A program made the translations under genes and the position numbers. Below are positions 36,867 through 43,484 of a stretch of 62,632 bases of DNA, piece after piece (position 1 is the first letter of the stretch; each line of letters opens with the position of its first letter). The notes under the pieces are model-generated. The model was not told where the DNA came from. It worked only from the letters and a program-made list of their open reading frames with translations, and made no database searches. This DNA comes from an uncultured Lentisphaerales bacterium (GTDB lineage Bacteria; Verrucomicrobiota; Kiritimatiellia; RFP12; UBA3636), in contig CAZKJH010000005.1 in NCBI GenBank assembly GCA_964553035.1, positions 1 to 62,632 on the forward strand, written 5' to 3'.

Positions 36867-37077
36867 TGCCAATCTCCTGATTGGCTAAGCAAGCGGGCGT
36901 GATGCCCGCATTCCCAGCAAAATTTTAGGCACATTTCAACTCGTTTTTTATCGATATTACTGCCTCAATTTGTTATTCTTTTCTACTCTGATTATGTTTC
37001 ATCTGGCAAAAGGGAGCATACGAGGCTTTTTATGTGTAAATGGTGCCGTATGAACCCATCGAAACTGAGGGGTACTT

Positions 37078-39849
37078 ATGAACAAGCAGCAACTGGCGTC
37101 GAAAATATGGGAGTCCGCAAACCGAATGCGGTCCAAAATCGAAGCAAACGAATATAAGGACTATATTCTCGGGTTTATCTTTTATAAATACTTGTCGGAT
37201 ACCCAAATCAAGGATGTTCGTGAGAATGGCGGCACAGACGAGGACATCAAGGCTTTATCGGAAAATGACACTGACACGGTCCTAAGCATCCAGAAGAACA
37301 TCGGCTACTTCATCGCCTACGAAAACCTGTTCTCGACGTGGATTGAGAAAGGCAAGGATTTTAACGTATCGAACGTCCGCGAGGCGCTCTCCGCGTTCAG
37401 CCGCCAGATCAACTCCACGCACAAGAAAGTCTTTGATCGCGTTCTGAACACCCTAGAAACAGGGCTGTCGAAACTCGGTGACAGCTCCGGTACGCAGACG
37501 AGGGCGATCAGCGACCTCATCCAACTGATCAAGGTCATTCCGATGGACGGCAGGCAGGACTACGACATTCTGGGCTTCATCTACGAATACCTCATCAGCA
37601 TGTTCGCCGCAAACGCCGGGAAGAAGGCAGGCGAGTTCTACACCCCCCACGAGGTTTCCCTGCTCATGTCCGAAATCGTCGCAGACCATGTAAAGGACAG
37701 GAAGGAAATCAAGATTTACGATCCGACAAGTGGGTCCGGGTCCCTGCTGATCAACATTGGCCGCTCCATTGCGAAGCACATCGACAACGAGGACAACATC
37801 AAGTATTTCGCGCAGGAACTTAAAGAGAACACCTACAATCTCACGCGCATGAACCTTGTTATGCGTGGGATTTTGCCGGACAACATTGTCACGCGAAACG
37901 GTGACACCCTTGAGGATGATTGGCCGTACTTCGAGGAGAGTGACCCCATTGGCACCTACAATCCTCTTCATGTGGATGCGGTGGTATCCAATCCCCCGTA
38001 TTCGCAAGCATGGGATTCGGCAAACAAAGAAACAGATCCGCGCTTTGCCGCGTTTGGACTGGCTCCGAAGACAAAGGCCGACTTCGCTTTCCTGCTCCAT
38101 GATTTTTTCCATTTGAAGCCCGATGGCATCATGACCATTGTGCTGCCGCACGGGGTTTTGTTCCGTGGCGGCGAGGAAGGCGGAATCCGGAAGAATCTCA
38201 TCGAGCAAAACCACATCGACACCATTATCGGCTTGCCCGCCAACATCTTCTTCGGAACCGGCATACCGACCATCATCATGGTGCTGAAAAAGAAGCGGAA
38301 GAACAATGACGTGCTGGTTGTCGACGCATCCAAGGGGTTCTCCAAGGTCGGTAAGAACAACGTCCTCCGCGCTTCCGACATTAGGAAGATTGCCGATGCC
38401 GTCATCTACCGGTCGAACATTGACAAGTTCTCGCGGGTGGTCGGTTTAGACGAAATCCGCCAGAACGAATACAACCTCAACATCCCCCGCTATGTCGATT
38501 CATCCGAGCGCACGGAGACGTGGGACATCTACGCCTCCATGTTTGGTGGCCTGCCTGTGGCCGAAATTGATTTGCTGATGCCGTATTGGGACGCGTTTCC
38601 TGGGTTGAAAAACGCGTTGTTCGTGGATGTGGAGCGCGGCGACTTGTCGCCGCTTTCAAAGCGGGAACAAGTTCCCGCACTCCAGACAATGCCCTACTTC
38701 AAATTAGCCGTGAACGACATCGAAAAAGCAGTCCGCGAACATCCATCGGTGCTTACTTTCAAGCGCGGTTTCGATGCGGCTTTTTCCGGATTTGCGGGTT
38801 TCCTCAATAGCGAGCTTCTCGGCAAGTGGGAAACGCTTAAAATCGGTAAAGAGGAATCGGTTATCGCCGCTTCCATCTTCGAACGACTTGAAGGGATGGC
38901 TCTGGTCGATAAGTACAGCGCCTATCAAGCACTGGATGACGAATGGACAAAGACTGCTATCGATTTGGAAATACTACAAACAGAGGGCTTCGGCGCAGCG
39001 AAGAAGGTCGATCCCCACATGGTGCTGAAAAAGAAGGACGGCAAAGACCATGAGGTTCAGGACGGATGGGTCGGCCATGTCATTCCGTTCGAGTTGGTGC
39101 AGTCCACAATGCTTAAGACCGACGCTGACGCCCTGAAGCAGAAGGTGGAGCGGCTCGCGGAGATTCAATTGGCTTACGAAGAAGTCATTGATTCGCTGTC
39201 GGAAGAAGACAAAGATAGCGAGGTTCTTAACGATGCGAAGGATGCATTCGTCGCCGCCGCCTTGGCGAAGAAAATTAAGGAGCTGTGGGGTACGCTTGCA
39301 AAGGCAACGACCGCCGTTCTCGCTTGCGAAGAGGATTCATTTGAGCGGAAGCTGGTGCAGGTACAGCAGTTGATCGACGAGGAAAAGGAGCTGAAGGTGA
39401 AGGTCCGGAAGGACGCAGCAGCCTTGCACTTGCGGACAAAAGGAACTATCGAGGGATTGTCGGACGAGCAGGTTGTCGAATTGCTTGAAGCGAAGTGGAT
39501 TGAACCGCTGATGACCGCGCTCTACAAAATGCCTGACAACATCATGTCCGACTTGGTTTCGCGTGTTCGTGGCCTAGCAGACAAATACGCCACCACATAC
39601 GCCGAAGTTGCGGAGCAAATCTCCGAAACCAAATCGTCGCTCTCGGCCTTGATTGACGGACTGACAGGCAACGAATATGACCTGAAAGGTTTGAAGGAGT
39701 TTCAGTCGCTTTTGGAGGGGGAGACTCAGGCAGATGGGACGACTAAGCCTACTAAGGCGGCTAGGGAGACTAAGGCTACTGGGACTATGCCTAGCGGCCC
39801 TATTGGCCTTAGTCGCCCTAGCACAAAACCAAAGGAGTCGAAGCCATGA
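37078..39849 (+). CDS. hsdM: Type I restriction-modification system methyltransferase subunit (long form with coiled-coil C-terminal region) ending in a repeat-encoded tail
   Basis: 923-aa ORF. It has the HsdM N-domain (IWESANRMRSKIEANEYKDYILGFIFYKYLSD), the SAM motif YDPTSGSGSL and the catalytic SNPPYS. The last ~40 aa (TKPTKAARETKATGTMPSGPIGLSRPSTKPKESKP) are encoded by junction module A. Confidence 0.9.
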   Translation: MNKQQLASKIWESANRMRSKIEANEYKDYILGFIFYKYLSDTQIKDVRENGGTDEDIKALSENDTDTVLSIQKNIGYFIAYENLFSTWIEKGKDFNVSNVREALSAFSRQINSTHKKVFDRVLNTLETGLSKLGDSSGTQTRAISDLIQLIKVIPMDGRQDYDILGFIYEYLISMFAANAGKKAGEFYTPHEVSLLMSEIVADHVKDRKEIKIYDPTSGSGSLLINIGRSIAKHIDNEDNIKYFAQELKENTYNLTRMNLVMRGILPDNIVTRNGDTLEDDWPYFEESDPIGTYNPLHVDAVVSNPPYSQAWDSANKETDPRFAAFGLAPKTKADFAFLLHDFFHLKPDGIMTIVLPHGVLFRGGEEGGIRKNLIEQNHIDTIIGLPANIFFGTGIPTIIMVLKKKRKNNDVLVVDASKGFSKVGKNNVLRASDIRKIADAVIYRSNIDKFSRVVGLDEIRQNEYNLNIPRYVDSSERTETWDIYASMFGGLPVAEIDLLMPYWDAFPGLKNALFVDVERGDLSPLSKREQVPALQTMPYFKLAVNDIEKAVREHPSVLTFKRGFDAAFSGFAGFLNSELLGKWETLKIGKEESVIAASIFERLEGMALVDKYSAYQALDDEWTKTAIDLEILQTEGFGAAKKVDPHMVLKKKDGKDHEVQDGWVGHVIPFELVQSTMLKTDADALKQKVERLAEIQLAYEEVIDSLSEEDKDSEVLNDAKDAFVAAALAKKIKELWGTLAKATTAVLACEEDSFERKLVQVQQLIDEEKELKVKVRKDAAALHLRTKGTIEGLSDEQVVELLEAKWIEPLMTALYKMPDNIMSDLVSRVRGLADKYATTYAEVAEQISETKSSLSALIDGLTGNEYDLKGLKEFQSLLEGETQADGTTKPTKAARETKATGTMPSGPIGLSRPSTKPKESKP
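39741..39823. repeat. Junction module A: CTAG-rich palindromic 9-mer array at the hsdM 3' end
   Basis: Left arm is GACTAAGCC TACTAAGGC GGCTAGGGA GACTAAGGC. Right arm is ATGCCTAGC GGCCCTATT GGCCTTAGT CGCCCTAGC. It is related to the modules at 40841-41022 and 41620-41870. Confidence 0.8.
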
Positions 39850-41051
39850 GTGAAACAATGAAAACGCCTGAAAAGCAAGGGCTGAAAAGGACAACGAGTA
39901 GACAAAAAATCTCCATTCGGTTTTTCGGCGATGCCGAAGTTCGTGCGGTATGGGATGACGCACATTCCAAGTGGTGTTTTTCGATTCTGGATATTGTTGG
40001 CGTTTTACGTGGCGAACGCGATTATGAAAAAAATCGAAATTACTGGAAATATCTGAAGGCAAAGCTGAAACGGGAAAACAATCAACTGGGTAGTGTGACT
40101 ACCCAGTTCAAGTTCACCGCCCCCGATGGCAAGAAACGCGCCGCGAATGTCCTAGATTACAACGGTATTGTTGAGCTAGCGAAAAATTTTCCAAGCAAAA
40201 TGGCGAACCGTTTTATGGAATGGCTCACCTACAGCGATGAAACCATTGACGGCAAAAGCAAATCCAAGGCGTATGCTCTGTTTGACAGCACTTTGCTGGA
40301 TACCCTGGAAGTCGGTACGGTCAGAGGGTTGCAGCAAATTCATGGCTATCTGTTTGGCGGGCTTTATGATTTCGCGGGGCAAATCCGCTCGAAGAATATT
40401 GCAAAAGGTGGCTTTCAGTTTGCCATGGCGCGCTATCTGCCCCAAACGCTGAAAGACATCGAAGGAATGCCCGAAAACACCTTTGACGAAATTGCGGACA
40501 AGTATGTGGAGATGAATATCGCCCATCCGTTCATGGAAGGCAATGGCAGAAGTACCCGTGTCTGGCTTGACCTGATCTTGAAAAAGCGCCTCAAGCGTTG
40601 TGTGGATTGGAGCAAAATCAACAAGAAGGATTATTTGAATGCCATGGAAAAAAGCGTTTCGAATCCTTCGCAAATCAAGGCATTGCTGCAAAACGCAATC
40701 ACAGACAAAATCAATGACCGCGAAGTGTTTATGAAAGGCGTGGATTACTCCTACTATTATGAACAGGAAGATGGTGTCACCAACGATGTCGAAGTCCGCG
40801 CGGGTTGGGATGATGAACATTCCTCAAAAAATGGTTTTGCTAAGCCGACTAGGCCCACTAAGGCTACTAGGCCTCCTAGGCCCACGAGCAACAGCGCTAG
40901 TTGCCCTAGTGGCCCTCGTAGCCCTAATCCTGAGCCTGCGAGAACTAGGCCTACTAAGGCTACTAAGCCCCCTACGCCCACGAGCAACAGCGCTAGTAGC
41001 CTTAGCCGCCCTAGTGGCCTTACCCCACAACCTGAGGGTCTCCAGCCATGA
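39846..41051 (+). CDS. Bro-N-like DNA-binding domain fused to a Fic (AMPylase-type) domain, with repeat-encoded C-terminal tail
   Basis: 401-aa ORF. The N-terminal segment IRFFGDAEVRAVWDDAHSKWCFSILDIVGVL...YWKYLKAKLKRE...FTAPDGKKRAANV...FMEWL resembles Bro-N/antirepressor N-domains. The Fic motif HPFMEGNGRSTR is intact. SYYYEQ near the end of the globular part resembles the class III inhibitory motif. ATGA overlaps occur on both sides, and AAGGAG lies 8 nt upstream. Confidence 0.8.
   Translation: MSETMKTPEKQGLKRTTSRQKISIRFFGDAEVRAVWDDAHSKWCFSILDIVGVLRGERDYEKNRNYWKYLKAKLKRENNQLGSVTTQFKFTAPDGKKRAANVLDYNGIVELAKNFPSKMANRFMEWLTYSDETIDGKSKSKAYALFDSTLLDTLEVGTVRGLQQIHGYLFGGLYDFAGQIRSKNIAKGGFQFAMARYLPQTLKDIEGMPENTFDEIADKYVEMNIAHPFMEGNGRSTRVWLDLILKKRLKRCVDWSKINKKDYLNAMEKSVSNPSQIKALLQNAITDKINDREVFMKGVDYSYYYEQEDGVTNDVEVRAGWDDEHSSKNGFAKPTRPTKATRPPRPTSNSASCPSGPRSPNPEPARTRPTKATKPPTPTSNSASSLSRPSGLTPQPEGLQP
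40841..40930. repeat. Junction module B1
   Basis: GACTAGGCC CACTAAGGC TACTAGGCC TCCTAGGCC CACGAGCAAC AGCGCTAGT TGCCCTAGT GGCCCTCGT AGCCCTAAT. Confidence 0.8.
40941..41022. repeat. Junction module B2 (second copy, directly upstream of the four-helix-bundle gene)
   Basis: GAACTAGGC CTACTAAGGC TACTAAGCC CCCTACGCC CACGAGCAAC AGCGCTAGT AGCCTTAGC CGCCCTAGT GGCCTTACC. Confidence 0.8.
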
Positions 41052-41617
41052 GCGCAGCTTTTCTTCCACCCAAAGGTAACTTTAGGGATCTGATCGCCTA
41101 TCAGAAGTCGGAGTGCGTCTATGATATCACCTTCCATTTTGCGCACCGCTTCCTTTCTAGGGGCGACCGCACTGTCGATCAGATGGTTCAGGCGGCGCGA
41201 TCTGGCAAGCAGAACATTGCGGAGGGTTGTGCTGCTTCAACGACTTCTTCCGAAACCGAAATTAAGCTCCTGAATGTCGCCAAGGCTAGTTTGCAGGAGC
41301 TTCTGCTGGATTATGAGGACTACCTGCGGGTGAGGAGTCTGCCGATTTGGGAAAAGAATAACCCGAAGGCAGAGCAGTTGCGGAAAGTCTGCGGCAAGCA
41401 TAACGATACGGCGTTTTATACCGCGCAATTGCCGGAGCGGTCGGACGAGGCCATCGCAAATCTAGCGATCACACTTATTCATCAAGCTGATGTCCTGCTG
41501 GCGGCCTACCTTGAACGAATCAAACACGACTTCCTTGAAAATGGCGGCATCCGCGAGCAGATGACCCGAGCCCGCCTCGACTATCGCAGACAGGAAGGAG
41601 GGCTGAATGGCCGATAG
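41048..41617 (+). CDS. Four-helix-bundle protein with suffix domain (family first described from 23S rRNA intervening sequences)
   Basis: 189-aa ORF. The segments FRDLIAYQKSECVYDITFHFAHRF...QMVQAARSGKQNIAEG...AKASLQELLLDYEDYL are typical of this family. The C-terminal ...ENGGIREQMTRARLDYRR is suffix-like. Confidence 0.75.
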   Translation: MSAAFLPPKGNFRDLIAYQKSECVYDITFHFAHRFLSRGDRTVDQMVQAARSGKQNIAEGCAASTTSSETEIKLLNVAKASLQELLLDYEDYLRVRSLPIWEKNNPKAEQLRKVCGKHNDTAFYTAQLPERSDEAIANLAITLIHQADVLLAAYLERIKHDFLENGGIREQMTRARLDYRRQEGGLNGR

Positions 41618-43154
41618 CACCAACAGCAGTGGCCTTAAAACTAAGACTAGGCCCACTAAGGCCAATAAGGCTTCTAGGCCCACTAGCAACAGCCCTAGTA
41701 GCCTTAGTAGCCTTAGCAGCCTTAGTAGCCTTAGTAGCTCTAGCAGCCCTAGCAGCCCTAGCAGCCTTAGTAGCCCTAGTGGCCTTAGTAGCCCTAGCAG
41801 CCCTAGTAGCCTTAGTAGCCTTAGCAGCCTTAGTAGCCTTAGCAGCCCTAGCAGCCCTAGTGGCCCTACCACCAAGCCTAAGTTCCCTAACCACCACACC
41901 CATACCGCCATGCCTGAAAATACGAAAACACCCGAAATCCGCTTTGCCGGATTCACTAACGCTTGGGAACAGCGCAAGCTCGGCGACGTTGCGGACATCA
42001 TTGGCGGCGGCACGCCAAGCACAGGCGTCAAAGAATACTGGGGCGGCGATGTTGATTGGTATGCTCCTGCCGAAATCGGCGAGCAAATCTATCTCACGAG
42101 TAGCCAGAAGAAAATTACAGAGCTGGGATTGCAGAACACCTCGGCAAAGATGCTGCCCGTGGGATCTGTCCTGTTTACTTCCCGCGCAGGCATTGGAAAC
42201 ACAGCTATATTGGCTAAAACTGCTGCAACCAATCAGGGTTTTCAGTCAATCGTACCCCACAAGGATGGATTGGATTCATACTTCATTTTTTCAAGAACGC
42301 ATGAGTTGAAACGCTACGGCGAAACAGTCGGAGCGGGTTCTACGTTCGTGGAAGTGTCTGGGAAACAGATGGCGCTGATGCCGATTCTAATACCTGAAAT
42401 GTCCGAGCAGAAGAATATAGGTCAGCTATTCGCCAATCTCGACCGCCTCATCACCTTGCATCAGCGTGAGTATGACAAGACGGTCAACATCAAGAAGGCC
42501 ATGCTCGAAAAAATGTTTCCGAAAGAGGGCGAGAATAAACCCGAAATCCGCTTCGCCGGATTTACTGACGCTTGGGAACAGAGGAAGCTGGGGGACGTAA
42601 CGAAATCCTATTCAGGTGGAACACCGACTGTCGGCAAAAATGAGTACTACGGTGGGCAGATTCCGTTCATCCGTTCTGCTGAAATCAATAGTTATACTAC
42701 GGAATTATTCCTAACCGAAAGCGGTCTTCAAAACTCATCGGCAAAGATGGTGCACGTCGGCGATATACTCTATGCGCTGTATGGTGCTACGAGTGGAGAG
42801 GTCGGAATAGCCAAATTAAAAGGCGCAATTAATCAGGCCATCTTCGCAATCAAACCCGATGATGGTTATGATTCTCAATTCATCATGCAATGGTTGCGCG
42901 GCCAGAAGCAGAAAATCATCGACAAATACCTGCAAGGCGGGCAAGGGAATCTGTCTGGCTCATTGGTCAAAGACCTACTATTAAAATTTCCGAGCATCGG
43001 CGAGCAAGCAAAAATCGGTTCGTTTTTTGCCTCCCTCGACCACCTCATCACCCTTCATCGGCGGGAGTTGGAAAAGCTCCAAAACATGAAGAAAGCCTTG
43101 CTTGAAAAGATGTTTGTGTCTGCCTCCCGCGTTGTGCGCGGTGCAGGCCAGTAG
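41607..43154 (+). CDS. hsdS: Type I R-M specificity subunit with two target-recognition domains; possible 101-aa repeat-encoded N-terminal extension (alternative start 41910)
   Basis: The canonical HsdS N-terminus (MPENTKTPEIRFAGFTNAWEQRKLGDV) begins at the ATG at 41910, which has no Shine-Dalgarno sequence. The ATG at 41607 has AAGGAGG 5 nt upstream and reads through module C in frame. The conserved repeats PEIRFAGFT(N/D)AWEQRKLGDV and LITLH(Q/R)RE...KKA(M/L)LEKMF each occur twice. Confidence 0.85.
   Translation: MADSTNSSGLKTKTRPTKANKASRPTSNSPSSLSSLSSLSSLSSSSSPSSPSSLSSPSGLSSPSSPSSLSSLSSLSSLSSPSSPSGPTTKPKFPNHHTHTAMPENTKTPEIRFAGFTNAWEQRKLGDVADIIGGGTPSTGVKEYWGGDVDWYAPAEIGEQIYLTSSQKKITELGLQNTSAKMLPVGSVLFTSRAGIGNTAILAKTAATNQGFQSIVPHKDGLDSYFIFSRTHELKRYGETVGAGSTFVEVSGKQMALMPILIPEMSEQKNIGQLFANLDRLITLHQREYDKTVNIKKAMLEKMFPKEGENKPEIRFAGFTDAWEQRKLGDVTKSYSGGTPTVGKNEYYGGQIPFIRSAEINSYTTELFLTESGLQNSSAKMVHVGDILYALYGATSGEVGIAKLKGAINQAIFAIKPDDGYDSQFIMQWLRGQKQKIIDKYLQGGQGNLSGSLVKDLLLKFPSIGEQAKIGSFFASLDHLITLHRRELEKLQNMKKALLEKMFVSASRVVRGAGQ
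41620..41870. repeat. Junction module C: left arm plus expanded right arm, a 9-bp microsatellite of about 20 units (41691-41870, AGCCYTAGY)
   Basis: I counted the units by hand: 19 good units and 1 degenerate unit. The left arm GACTAGGCC CACTAAGGC CAATAAGGC TTCTAGGCC CACTAGCAAC is homologous to B1 and B2. Confidence 0.9.
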
Positions 43155-43166
43155 GAGAACCGCCAA

Positions 43167-43484
43167 ATGAAACACAAGAACAGCGCAACTAAAAGCACAT
43201 CGGATCTTGCCAAAAAAGGCGCACAAGCGGTTACAAGAGGTGTGGTCGCTATCGATGAGAGCTCCTTATTCGAGCGCATTGCTGTCATCATTGAAAGCCG
43301 AAGGGCTCGTGCCGAAAGCCAGGTAAACGCCGAACTCACTTTGATGTATTGGGAAATCGGAAACTATATCAACTCTGTTATTTTAGATGGTGGACGCGGG
43401 GCTTACGGAAAGGAGATTTTGGCGACACTGTCGCCAAAATTGGTGGCATCGCAAAAGGAGAAGAGGACGAGTAATGGCCTTTAA
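43167..43484 (+). pseudogene. N-terminal fragment of a DUF1016/YhcG-family (PD-(D/E)XK nuclease-like) gene
   Basis: 105 codons. The segment ...RARAESQVNAELTLMYWEIGNYINSVILDGGRGAYGKEILATLSPKL matches the conserved N-terminal domain of ~350-aa DUF1016 proteins. The frame then runs into and overlaps the hsdR start. Confidence 0.6.

Noticed and set aside
41691-41870. Possible CRISPR array (also considered for 18975-19013 and 27221-27256)
   Set aside because: The units are 9-14 bp and contiguous, with no unique spacers. There are no cas genes. These are micro- or minisatellites, not CRISPR.
41462-42086. Two minus-strand ORFs (41462..42031, 41520..42086) and one plus-strand ORF (41629..42309) running through the 9-mer array
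   Set aside because: They are open only because the 9-bp repeat lacks stops in those frames. Their translations are pure repeat (LLRLLGLL.. and ATRAARAAKATK..), and they overlap hsdS.
41931-42600. Internal direct repeats in hsdS (PEIRFAGFT..AWEQRKLGDV and LITLH.RE...LEKMF coding blocks, each twice)
   Set aside because: This is the normal two-TRD architecture of type I specificity subunits. No inverted partial hsdS copy or recombinase that would indicate a shufflon is present.
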